Assembly (NCBI GenBank): GCA_964567895.1
Contig: CAZMOX010000001.1
Coordinates: 20,992 to 84,991 of the forward strand
Source of the DNA: an uncultured Spirochaetales bacterium
Lineage (GTDB): Bacteria; Spirochaetota; Spirochaetia; JABMQR01
Reading direction: 5' to 3'
DNA length: 64,000 nt
The notes under the pieces are model-generated. The model had not been told where the DNA came from. It did no database searches and saw only the letters and a program-made list of their open reading frames with translations. How positions within the stretch are numbered: position 1 is the first letter of the stretch; each line of letters begins with the position of its first letter. Position numbers and translations under genes: made by a program. Below are positions 19,412-28,094 of the stretch, in pieces.

Positions 19412-20731
19412 CTATTCCTGCCCTACAAGTTTTACAAATTCTGCCAAAAATCTATCTATCCCACCACCATCCATGCTGCTCCCTTTTCCTTGCCAAACAG
19501 GAGGTTTCCCTCCGCCTTTTGCATCTATTAAAGGAAACAGGATTTTTCTCACAGCAGGAAAATCCACAAGGTTTTCCCGATTTGCTGCAATAGACCAAAT
19601 TAAATCAGTTTCATCAAGTTTCTGGATTCCACAGAAAACCAGAGGTTTGTCTGTGGGAAGATTCTTTACGGCGTTTTTCAAAAAACCAGGTCGCTCGGTA
19701 CTGAAATCACCGATAATAACAGGAATATTGTTGTAACTAACAGCCTGAGACGCCAATTCTGTCATTTTCAGACGGACAACCGTGGTTTCAAGTTCCAAAA
19801 CGATTTGCTGGGCAATTCTGAGCTGCTCTGCTTTAGCAATAGCAGAGGCAACTATACTGTTCTGCGGTGAGGAGTAGAGTTCCGACAGTTTCTTTACTAT
19901 TTCTGTTTTTTCCCGATAATCCTGAAGTGCCCTATCTCCGACCTTCCAAATGAGACGAGCATGCCCGCGAATTTTCTCCAGCCCTATCCACGAAACCAGA
20001 CGTACTTCACTGCTATCGGAAATATGCATGCCGCCGCAGGCAACAATATCATACGCTCCAACCTGTACCAGTCTAACATCCCCGGAAACTTTTGGAGCCC
20101 TTCGCAGATTCATTTTTCCAGCTTCTACATCGTCTACAGTAAAAATAGTGATGGGAATATTCTGGGTAATAATCCGGTTTGTCTCATTTTCTACAGCAAG
20201 TATCTCCTCTTCACTTATCTCTTCCCGATCGGTCTCGATAGTAAGATACTCTTCTCCCTGATGCACAGATACGGTAGCAATTGCACATAAAGAGTGCATT
20301 ACTCCTGATAAAATATGCTGACCTGTGTGCTGCTGCATATAATCATACCGTCGATCCCAGTCAAGTGTACAATCAACAACATCACCTGGCTGAAATTCAG
20401 GGAATTTCTCTGTGATATGATATATATATACGTCTTTTTTTCTGGTATCGATTATCCTGGCGCTCCCAATAAATCCGGTATCACCCGGTTGTCCGCCCCC
20501 TTCAGGGTAGAAAATGGTATGGCTCAAAACAATCCCATAATTATTTTTCAGCTGAACCACTTTTTGGATAGTAACTGAATCTACTCTTTTGTACTGATCG
20601 TTATAATATGTTTGTTCTGTCATGGGATCATTGTACGGGGTTTTAGAATGGGGAGCAAGCAGAAATATAATTGATGGACTTTCAACTATCATTACATGAT
20701 TTTTTTGTCTATTGATGTTGTTATTTTGCAT
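19412..20731 (-). CDS. alaX: alanyl-tRNA editing protein AlaX-L (AlaRS editing domain plus DHHA1)
   Basis: Zinc-binding editing motifs HTGQHILSGVMH (HxxxH) and CGGMHISDSSEV (CxxxH), plus a C-terminal DHHA1-like GGGKPPVWQGKG. Confidence 0.7.
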   Translation of the reverse strand: MQNNNINRQKNHVMIVESPSIIFLLAPHSKTPYNDPMTEQTYYNDQYKRVDSVTIQKVVQLKNNYGIVLSHTIFYPEGGGQPGDTGFIGSARIIDTRKKDVYIYHITEKFPEFQPGDVVDCTLDWDRRYDYMQQHTGQHILSGVMHSLCAIATVSVHQGEEYLTIETDREEISEEEILAVENETNRIITQNIPITIFTVDDVEAGKMNLRRAPKVSGDVRLVQVGAYDIVACGGMHISDSSEVRLVSWIGLEKIRGHARLIWKVGDRALQDYREKTEIVKKLSELYSSPQNSIVASAIAKAEQLRIAQQIVLELETTVVRLKMTELASQAVSYNNIPVIIGDFSTERPGFLKNAVKNLPTDKPLVFCGIQKLDETDLIWSIAANRENLVDFPAVRKILFPLIDAKGGGKPPVWQGKGSSMDGGGIDRFLAEFVKLVGQE

Positions 20732-20786
20732 AAACTTAGCTATCTTCTAATTATACTATTTTGATCAATAAAATGGAGATATATAC

Positions 20787-21422
20787 ATGGCACGAATTCG
20801 TTCAGCTTTAGAAATAGCCCTTGAGAGAACTGAATCAGTAGCAGGAGATCCTGAAAAAATCAGGAACAGTGAACTCATAAAAACTGGTAAAAGATTAATG
20901 GGCACCTTTTTATTTGAGCATGATTCGACCGCGGAATCACTTGCAGAAAAGTTGAACGCTATTCCGGAGGCTGATCGGACACTTGTCAGAAAGCATATGA
21001 TTGAAACTCTTATGTTAAACATCTCCTTACCACAGGATGAATTGTATGTTATGGCTCTTGGGAAGTTAAAAAGCGCTTCAGAACTTCTTGCCCCTAATAC
21101 CGAAATCAATACGGAAGTTGCTGAGGAAACTGTCCCGGAATCTAATCCTGTAACACAGCTTTTCATACAACTTGATCAACTGTACCTTCAATACCTGCAG
21201 TCCCGTGAACAATTATTGGAAATGGCAAAACAGCAGTATGCTCCTCATTTAAAACAGAAAGAAGAACAACTGTCCCGCCAAACAGGTAAACAGGTGAATC
21301 TACAACCGGAACAGGATCCTGATTTTATTAAATTCCTGGAAGCAAACTATCAGAAGCTGGAAGAGAAATTCCAGGAAGCTATTCAGGGATTACGCGATCA
21401 ATTGAGAACGTTGCTCGGGTAA
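20787..21422 (+). CDS. hypothetical protein with a coiled-coil, Q/E/L-rich C-terminal half
   Basis: The ORF has an AGGA-like ribosome-binding site. No recognisable family. Confidence 0.4.
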   Translation: MARIRSALEIALERTESVAGDPEKIRNSELIKTGKRLMGTFLFEHDSTAESLAEKLNAIPEADRTLVRKHMIETLMLNISLPQDELYVMALGKLKSASELLAPNTEINTEVAEETVPESNPVTQLFIQLDQLYLQYLQSREQLLEMAKQQYAPHLKQKEEQLSRQTGKQVNLQPEQDPDFIKFLEANYQKLEEKFQEAIQGLRDQLRTLLG

Positions 21423-21539
21423 TAACCAAAAATCCTCAATCTTTTTCTCAATAAACAGAGTAATTAACCCCATTCTAATAGTGTTAATTACCATTTATGT
21501 AATTTTTTCACAAATATTAATTTTTATTTATTTTCTCCC

Positions 21540-21596
21540 TTGACAAATCTCCATTTCTGTTTTACATTATTAGTGTATTAGTTGATTAGTACACTA
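21540..21596 (+). promoter_or_regulatory. sigma70-like promoter (TTGACA, 17 nt, TACATT) followed by the 26-bp inverted repeat TAGTGTATTAG-ttga-TTAGTACACTA. Candidate operator of the downstream YtrA-like GntR operon.
   Basis: Hexamers at 21540-21545 and 21563-21568, and the palindrome at 21571-21596, are read directly from the sequence. Confidence 0.45.
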
Positions 21597-21623
21597 GCAA
21601 ATTAGAAAACCATTTATAGGGAA

Positions 21624-22490
21624 ATGGTAAAAGCAAAGGAGCAAAATATGATAAAACTTAAAGATGTTTCGTTTGACTACAGCAAAACAAAACTGTTTAA
21701 CGAACTGACGATCGATATACCAGGGGGCAATATTTATGGCCTGCTTGGTATGAATGGAGCCGGTAAAACCACCCTTCTGAAAATTATATCCGGCCAACTC
21801 TATATTAAAAGCGGCGAAGCTGATGTTCTTGGGCATAATCCACAAAAACGTAATTCCAAAATGCTGGAGCAGATTTTCTACTTACCGGAAGAGTTCTATC
21901 TACCGAATATAGAACTAAAAGAGTACTTACTTATTAATGTACCGTTTTACCCGGGATTTGATAAAGTCGCATTTGATCGATACACCAAAGCATTCGACCT
22001 CGACTTCAGCAAAAAACTGAGTGAGTTCTCCTATGGGCAGAAAAAGAAATTCCTGCTCTCTTTTGGACTTGCTTCCAACACTTCATTGCTGATCCTTGAT
22101 GAACCGACTAACGGCCTGGATATCCCATCAAAAAGCCAGTTCAGAAGGACTCTGGCATCAGCAATGACTGCTAACCGCACCTTCATCATATCTACACACC
22201 AGGTACGGGACATGGAAAATCTTATTGATCCGATTATTATCCTGAATGAAGGAAAAGTAGTTTTTAACAACTCTTTGAATGAAGTAACTTCCGCACTTAC
22301 ACTCTCCTTAACTCCAACCGAGCCGGAAAACACAGAGTGTGTGTTTAAGGAAAAGGTTCCCGGGGGATGGTCAGCTCTCAAAATGAGAAATGATGAAGAT
22401 CCGGAGACTAACGTTGACCTGGAGACACTCTTCAACGCTGTCGTCGCAAATCCTGCAGCAATCACAAATCTTATGAATAAAGGAGTATAA
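21624..22490 (+). CDS. ABC transporter ATP-binding protein. The start is likely the ATG at 21648 (MIKLKDV).
   Basis: Walker A GLLGMNGAGKTTLLKIISG, signature and Walker B LLILDEPTNGLD, and an H-loop. Confidence 0.85.
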   Translation: MVKAKEQNMIKLKDVSFDYSKTKLFNELTIDIPGGNIYGLLGMNGAGKTTLLKIISGQLYIKSGEADVLGHNPQKRNSKMLEQIFYLPEEFYLPNIELKEYLLINVPFYPGFDKVAFDRYTKAFDLDFSKKLSEFSYGQKKKFLLSFGLASNTSLLILDEPTNGLDIPSKSQFRRTLASAMTANRTFIISTHQVRDMENLIDPIIILNEGKVVFNNSLNEVTSALTLSLTPTEPENTECVFKEKVPGGWSALKMRNDEDPETNVDLETLFNAVVANPAAITNLMNKGV

Positions 22491-22491
22491 G

Positions 22492-23289
22492 ATGAAACTA
22501 TTATACTTATTAAGAAAAGATATACTGGAAAGCCGTAAGGGAATGCTAATATATGCACTAACCCTTTTCATGCTCATGCTTCTGCCAAGCATCCTTACAA
22601 TGATATTTGGCGGATCTTCATACTCTGAACTGGCAACATACTATAGTAATTATTTTGTCAGTTTCCTTTTTGTCGGAGGGTTTATTATCACAAGCCTCTC
22701 TTTCCGTGAAGACATGTATGGAAAATCAACCCAGCACAACTGGCTCATGCTCCCTGCATCACCACTAGAGAAACTTTCAGTTAAGGTTATCTTCTCGGCA
22801 ATTCTCTACCCCATATTACTGCTGCTTTTTATATCAGCATCGTCACTGATCATAGAGGGAGTGAATACCCTGTTCTTTGGAAAGCACTACCTGGTTTTTA
22901 ACCCTGTACAGCCTTTCTATTGGAAAATGATCCTTATCTATATCGTCACCCAATCAATCTTTCTCATGGGAGCTGCCTACTTCAGGAAAGCCTCCTTTGT
23001 TAAGACCATACTGATGTCAAACTTATTAAGCCTTGTCATCGGATTAATCAGCCTTCTGGTAGTAAGAATTATTTTCAATAAATATTTTGATGGAATGTCC
23101 ATTGATAATGTTTTAATTGGAAACAATTTTGAAATCAGATTCAGCTCCCCTGAATCCATTGACAGTATAGTTGAATTCAGAGTTTTCGAGACTCTCGGCA
23201 AGGTTCTGTTCTGGGTCTTTGTTGCTCCTTTCTGCTGGGTAGTCAGCTACTTCAGAGTTCGGGAGGTACAGGCAAATGATGCAGTTTAA
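22492..23289 (+). CDS. ABC-2-type transporter permease / integral membrane protein
   Basis: 265 aa with about six hydrophobic helices. It starts 1 bp after the stop codon of the ATPase gene. Confidence 0.6.
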   Translation: MKLLYLLRKDILESRKGMLIYALTLFMLMLLPSILTMIFGGSSYSELATYYSNYFVSFLFVGGFIITSLSFREDMYGKSTQHNWLMLPASPLEKLSVKVIFSAILYPILLLLFISASSLIIEGVNTLFFGKHYLVFNPVQPFYWKMILIYIVTQSIFLMGAAYFRKASFVKTILMSNLLSLVIGLISLLVVRIIFNKYFDGMSIDNVLIGNNFEIRFSSPESIDSIVEFRVFETLGKVLFWVFVAPFCWVVSYFRVREVQANDAV

Positions 23290-23659
23290 AGAACAAAAAT
23301 CAATATATCTGCAAATTGCAGGTCATATGGAGGACAATATACTTATGAAAGTTTGGAAAAATGGTGAACGAATTCCCTCTATCAGGGAGACGGCTATACA
23401 GATGGAAGTTAATCCTAATACCGTTATGAGAACCTATAATTTTCTTCAGGAAAAAAAGGTCATATTTAACAAACGCGGTATTGGATATTTTATTGCACCG
23501 GATGCACTGGAACAAGTATTGGCAGAAAAGAAAGAGTCTTTTATCCAGCAGCAGCTGCCTGAATTATTTAAGGCTATGCGGACATTGCTGATAACACCGG
23601 AAGAAATACTTTCTTTATACAAAAAATCAGATAAGGAGTTGAATGATGAAAACCAGTAA
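23276..23659 (+). CDS. GntR-family transcriptional regulator (short YtrA-like subfamily)
   Basis: The winged HTH RIPSIRETAIQMEVNPNTVMRTYNFLQEKKVIFNKRGIGYFIA in a 127-aa protein is typical of YtrA. Confidence 0.8.
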   Translation: MMQFKEQKSIYLQIAGHMEDNILMKVWKNGERIPSIRETAIQMEVNPNTVMRTYNFLQEKKVIFNKRGIGYFIAPDALEQVLAEKKESFIQQQLPELFKAMRTLLITPEEILSLYKKSDKELNDENQ

Positions 23660-23788
23660 CAAGTTACTATTAGGTGGATTCGGTTTAATAGTGATCCTGG
23701 TAATTGCTGCCCTGATCACAGGGAAAGCAGTGCTGGACAGAGAAATTGGAATAGGAACCTTGGAACAGCCAGCAGCCATTGTTAAGAT
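23643..23788 (+). CDS. small (48 aa) single-pass membrane peptide overlapping the 3' end of the GntR gene. It is not in the ORF track because it is under 60 aa.
   Basis: The ORF MMKTSNKLLLGGFGLIVILVIAALITGKAVLDREIGIGTLEQPAAIVKIVG has a hydrophobic helix, a GGAG ribosome-binding site and a terminator hairpin downstream. Confidence 0.35.
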
Positions 23789-23823
23789 TGTAGGATAACT
23801 TTTAAATAACCAAATCTATTATA

Positions 23824-23858
23824 TGGCGGGAGAAATCCCGCCTTTTCCTTTATTTGAA
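23824..23858 (+). terminator. rho-independent terminator closing the GntR/ABC operon
   Basis: Hairpin ggcggga-gaaa-tcccgcc followed by ttttcctttattt. Confidence 0.65.
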
Positions 23859-24021
23859 TCCTTTAGCTGCACAGACTTACCCATTTGTCCGCGACTCTTT
23901 TCCATCAGGAAATGCAGCATTCCATTCTACAGGTATGAAAGTTGTTATTGAGAGCTGGTTGTTGACCAGTGAATAATTATATATTATTATAAATGCAGAT
24001 AATGAGTCATGGAGGCATAGT

Positions 24022-24273
24022 ATGAGTCAAATAACTCTTCGCCAGATACCGGCCGCTCTTGACAGCCAGTTAAGAAGTCTTGCCAAAAAAAATAAAACCA
24101 GCCTCAATAAGGTGATACTTGCTCTTCTCATGAAAACTATGGGATTGTCTGTTGATTCAAGCAAAAAAAGAAATTTAGGTGATCTATGCGGTAACTGGAA
24201 TCCAGATCAATTTGCCGAGTTCAAGAAAAATACAGAAGAGTTTAGCCGGATAGATCCTGAAGTGTGGAAGTGA
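24022..24273 (+). CDS. vapB: VapB-type antitoxin (putative RHH/AbrB-like DNA-binding protein)
   Basis: 83-aa ORF ending 3 bp upstream of the PIN-domain gene. The N-terminus MSQITLRQIPAALDSQLRSLAKKNK is typical of antitoxins. Confidence 0.6.
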   Translation: MSQITLRQIPAALDSQLRSLAKKNKTSLNKVILALLMKTMGLSVDSSKKRNLGDLCGNWNPDQFAEFKKNTEEFSRIDPEVWK

Positions 24274-24276
24274 AAA

Positions 24277-24666
24277 ATGAAATTATCACTTGATACAAAT
24301 GCCTATTCGGCTTTTAAAAATGGTAACCTGGAACTTATGCGAATGCTGGAAGATGCTGATGAGTTATTTGTTCCGGTAACAGTACTGGGAGAACTCTACT
24401 CGGGTTTTCAGATTGGCAGTTTGACAGAGAAAAATTTAACTGAGTTGAATACATTTTTATCAAAACCAGGGATCAGCATCACTGCTGTCACGAATGAGAT
24501 TGCATTCAGGTATGGGTATCTCATAAAAACTCTTCGTAAGCAGGGAACCCCTATCCCAACAAATGATATCTGGATTGCAGCATCAACCATGGAAACAGGA
24601 TCGATCCTGCTTACTGGTGATAAACACTTCAATCATGTTCCAGGGCTAATGGTACTGGATTATTAG
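24277..24666 (+). CDS. vapC: PIN-domain toxin VapC
   Basis: 129 aa with conserved acidic residues (LDTNA..., ...TGD) in PIN spacing. Tightly coupled to the upstream small gene. Confidence 0.75.
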   Translation: MKLSLDTNAYSAFKNGNLELMRMLEDADELFVPVTVLGELYSGFQIGSLTEKNLTELNTFLSKPGISITAVTNEIAFRYGYLIKTLRKQGTPIPTNDIWIAASTMETGSILLTGDKHFNHVPGLMVLDY

Positions 24667-24680
24667 TACTAAGTCTTCGC

Positions 24681-25967
24681 TTACAACCAGTATTTTTTCA
24701 TTCTGTCATTAAGCTGCCGGGTATATGCATCCCAATCCTCTATAGGATATTTTGCAAGACCCTCTTCACATGCCGCTTTTGCTACTGCTACCGCTTCCCA
24801 CTCAATTACACGTTTATCAAAAGGCTTCGGTACAATATAATCACGGCCAAAAGAAAATTTACGCCCACCGTAAGCAGCACTGATCTCTTCTGGAACTGGT
24901 TCTTTAGCAAGAGCAGCCAGTGCTTTTGCTGCTGCCATTTTCATCCCTTCAGAAATTTTTGTTGCTCTTACATCCATTGCCCCACGGAAAATAAAGGGAA
25001 ATCCAAGAACGTTGTTGATTTGGTTAGGGAAATCACTTCGTCCAGTAGCCATGATAACATCATCTCTGGTTGCCACTGCTGTCTCATATTTAATTTCAGA
25101 ATTAGGATTGCTCATAGCAAATACAATAGGATCTTTTGCCATGGAGAGCAGCATCTCAGGTGTTACACAATCTGCAACTGATAATCCCATAAATACGTCA
25201 GCTCCAACCATAGCTTCGGCAAGTGTTCTTGCGTCAGTTTCTACAGCCAGTTCTACCTTTTCAGGTGTCATCCGCTCAACTCGTCCTTTATAGATAACAC
25301 CCTTGCTGTCACACATGATAATATTTTCTCGTTTGGCGCCGGCAGCTTCAAACATCTTGCTGCAGGATACTCCCGCCGCACCGGTACCATTGAAAACAAT
25401 CTTTAAGTCTTCCATCTTTTTCCTGACTATCTCAGAAGCATTCAGGAGACCGGCTGTGGAAATAATAGCAGTACCATGTTGATCATCATGAAAAATTGGA
25501 ATATTACACTCTTTAATAAGAGTCTGCTCAATTTCAAAACATTCAGGAGCCTTAATATCCTCAAGGTTCACACCGCCAAAAGTAGGTTCAAGTAGTTTTA
25601 CCACTTCAATGATCTTCTTTGGATCCTTTGTATCTAATTCGATATCAAACACATCTATATCCGCAAATCTTTTAAAAAGAACCCCTTTCCCCTCCATAAC
25701 TGGTTTTGAGGCAAGAGCTCCCTGATCTCCAAGACCCAGAATTGCGGTACCATTAGAAATAACTGCAACCAAATTTCCTTTGGAAGTATACTTGTAGGCA
25801 TTCTCCGGATCAGCTGCTATTTCCATTACGGGCTTTGCAACGCCTGGAGTGTATGCCAATGAAAGGTCGTCAGCTGTCAGACAAGGTTTTGTCGGAACAA
25901 CTTCAATTTTTCCGGGAATTCCATCCATGCTGTGATATTTTAAAGCTTTCTCTTTCAGTTCATCCAT
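24681..25967 (-). CDS. NAD(P)-dependent malic enzyme
   Basis: Malic enzyme motifs include [39 protein letters not shown] and the NAD-binding FNGTGAAGV. Confidence 0.85.
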   Translation of the reverse strand: MDELKEKALKYHSMDGIPGKIEVVPTKPCLTADDLSLAYTPGVAKPVMEIAADPENAYKYTSKGNLVAVISNGTAILGLGDQGALASKPVMEGKGVLFKRFADIDVFDIELDTKDPKKIIEVVKLLEPTFGGVNLEDIKAPECFEIEQTLIKECNIPIFHDDQHGTAIISTAGLLNASEIVRKKMEDLKIVFNGTGAAGVSCSKMFEAAGAKRENIIMCDSKGVIYKGRVERMTPEKVELAVETDARTLAEAMVGADVFMGLSVADCVTPEMLLSMAKDPIVFAMSNPNSEIKYETAVATRDDVIMATGRSDFPNQINNVLGFPFIFRGAMDVRATKISEGMKMAAAKALAALAKEPVPEEISAAYGGRKFSFGRDYIVPKPFDKRVIEWEAVAVAKAACEEGLAKYPIEDWDAYTRQLNDRMKKYWL

Positions 25968-25993
25968 TATCCAATCTCCTGTTAATGTAGTTT

Positions 25994-27118
25994 TTATTCA
26001 AAATCGAAGGTGTAATCCATATCCCACCTGTCGCGAAGCTCAATCATTACCTTCTGCAGTGATGGCGGTACCGGACAGCCATGATCTTTACGATATTGCC
26101 ACGCAATATACTCTTTCTCCCCTGCAGTATAAATCTGCTCTTCCCCCGGAGCTTTTTTGGAATTTCGCACTTCCCGGCAAATAGTCCCGGCAATGCGTTT
26201 AAAAGTTTCCAATCCCATAAACCGTTCCGGATCAATTACTATGAAAAAGTGGCCCAGTGGATAGGGAATTTTATTACCATCTGCATCAAAACCATTCAGG
26301 TCTTTCAGGCAGCCTCCATCCTGGAGAGCGGCAGAGAGAATTTCTACTACCATTGAGTATCCATATCCCTTATACCCGCCGGTGGTTTCACCCAGTCCTC
26401 CCAGAGGAGCCAGAGCAGCCTTTCCTTTGGTCAGGTCAATAAGGATCTGTTTTGTATCAGTACGTGTGTTTCCATCATTTCCAATTACCCATCCGGCTGG
26501 AAGGTCTTTCCCGGAGCGCCCGTATACTTCAATTTTTCCACGTTGGGAAACTGATGTTGCACAATCCAGAATAAAGGGAAACTCTTCATCGGTGGGAAGC
26601 CCGAATGTTAACGGGTTGGTTCCCAGCATATTCTCAACTCCAAATGTCGGAGCTATCGACGGTCGGGCATTTGTACCGGTAATACCGATCATACCTGCTT
26701 CAGCTGCCATCAAAGTATAATATCCGGCAATTCCATAATGTGTAGAATTTCTTACCGCAACCATACTCATACCAAACTCTTTCGCCTTTTCAATTGCTAT
26801 TTCCATGGCTTTTTTTGAAACAACATGTCCCATCCCGTTGTTTCCATCCAGAACAGCTGCTGTTTTATCATCTTTCAAAATATCAATTTTTGTTTCCGGG
26901 TTAAGAATTCCGGCATCAATCCTATCAATATAGATTGGTTTAAGTCTGCCAATACCATGAGAATCTATTCCCCGCTTATCCGAGGCAATAAGTACATCAC
27001 AAATCACATCAGCATCTGCCTCAGGGATTCCTGATTTGACCAGAGCTTCCTTCATGAAACTTTCCAACACCTTAAAATCGACCCATACACAATCTTTATA
27101 TGCATCCTGATAAGCCAT
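25994..27118 (-). CDS. Ldh_2-family (malate / L-lactate / L-sulfolactate dehydrogenase type 2) oxidoreductase
   Basis: 374 aa. The N-terminal pattern [30 protein letters not shown] is characteristic of the Ldh_2 family. Confidence 0.7.
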   Translation of the reverse strand: MAYQDAYKDCVWVDFKVLESFMKEALVKSGIPEADADVICDVLIASDKRGIDSHGIGRLKPIYIDRIDAGILNPETKIDILKDDKTAAVLDGNNGMGHVVSKKAMEIAIEKAKEFGMSMVAVRNSTHYGIAGYYTLMAAEAGMIGITGTNARPSIAPTFGVENMLGTNPLTFGLPTDEEFPFILDCATSVSQRGKIEVYGRSGKDLPAGWVIGNDGNTRTDTKQILIDLTKGKAALAPLGGLGETTGGYKGYGYSMVVEILSAALQDGGCLKDLNGFDADGNKIPYPLGHFFIVIDPERFMGLETFKRIAGTICREVRNSKKAPGEEQIYTAGEKEYIAWQYRKDHGCPVPPSLQKVMIELRDRWDMDYTFDFE

Positions 27119-27159
27119 GACAGCCTCCCTAATAGTGTGAACCTATAATACGTAAAGGT

Positions 27160-27945
27160 TCATTTCTGTACTCCAGCAAAAAGCAGCTCAACTCCCGCTT
27201 GGTGCAGCTCTTCTTCCGATAACATGTGCCCTGCTCCATGATCAGTAATAAGATAATCAATTTTTTCCAGAGCTGCTGTCTTAAAATTTGAAATAACTCC
27301 AATTTTACTGCTGTCAGCAACCACAATTACCGATCCTACTGTTTTCTCTATCATTTTCCGGGTCATCTCCGCTTCCTGCATAACAGGAGTAGTGAGGCCG
27401 TAGGTCAGACTGAATCCATCAACTCCGATTACAGCCTTATTTGCATAAATTCTATCCAAAGCCTGCAGTCCGACATCTCCGGTTACCGAGTGAGATTGAG
27501 GACGATAACTACCGCCAATAAAAAGGAGATCGAAAGCTGCTTCATCCGCTATCTGGGCAGCTCCGATATTATTGGTAATAATAGTTATTTTTTTACTCTT
27601 CAGTGCCTCAATAACAGCCTGAGTGGTGGATCCGCTATTTATAATAACCATGTCACCATCTTCAATAAGTGCTGCAGCCGTAAGGGCAATGAGTTCTTTT
27701 TCAGTCTTATTTACCAGCTCTTTTTGAGAAAACAGGGGTTCTACCGACATTGACTGTCTAAGCACAGCACCGCCATGAGTTCGTTCGAGATATCCCTGCT
27801 TTTCAAGCTGATCCAGATCTCTACGGATGGTAAGCACAGAGACATCCAGCTGTTCGCTTAATTCATTTACGCGTACGATTCCCTGTATTCGTATCTGCTC
27901 TGTAATCAATTTCTGTCTATCTGCAGGAATATGTCCCGATGACAT
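27160..27945 (-). CDS. DeoR/GlpR-family transcriptional regulator. The start is chosen at MSSGH, which has a GGAGGG ribosome-binding site; the ORF extends to 27978.
   Basis: HTH IVRVNELSEQLDVSVLTIRRDLDQLEKQGYLERTHGGAV plus a DeoR C-terminal sugar-phosphate-binding domain. Confidence 0.8.
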   Translation of the reverse strand: MSSGHIPADRQKLITEQIRIQGIVRVNELSEQLDVSVLTIRRDLDQLEKQGYLERTHGGAVLRQSMSVEPLFSQKELVNKTEKELIALTAAALIEDGDMVIINSGSTTQAVIEALKSKKITIITNNIGAAQIADEAAFDLLFIGGSYRPQSHSVTGDVGLQALDRIYANKAVIGVDGFSLTYGLTTPVMQEAEMTRKMIEKTVGSVIVVADSSKIGVISNFKTAALEKIDYLITDHGAGHMLSEEELHQAGVELLFAGVQK

Positions 27946-28037
27946 CTTTGTCCCTCCCAGTAATACCTGATAAGACATGGTTTTTTATGAACGTTTTTTA
28001 TCATTTATGTTCTATAGTTGTAGAATACAGAGTGTTG

Positions 28038-28056
28038 TTATTGTTGTCAACAATAA
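28038..28056. promoter_or_regulatory. perfect 19-bp palindrome TTATTGTTG-T-CAACAATAA upstream of the DeoR gene and just downstream of the polB stop. Possibly an operator.
   Basis: Read directly from the sequence. Confidence 0.3.
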
Positions 28057-28094
28057 ATATGAATCTTTTTGTTCTTTTTCAATCTTTTTTATCG

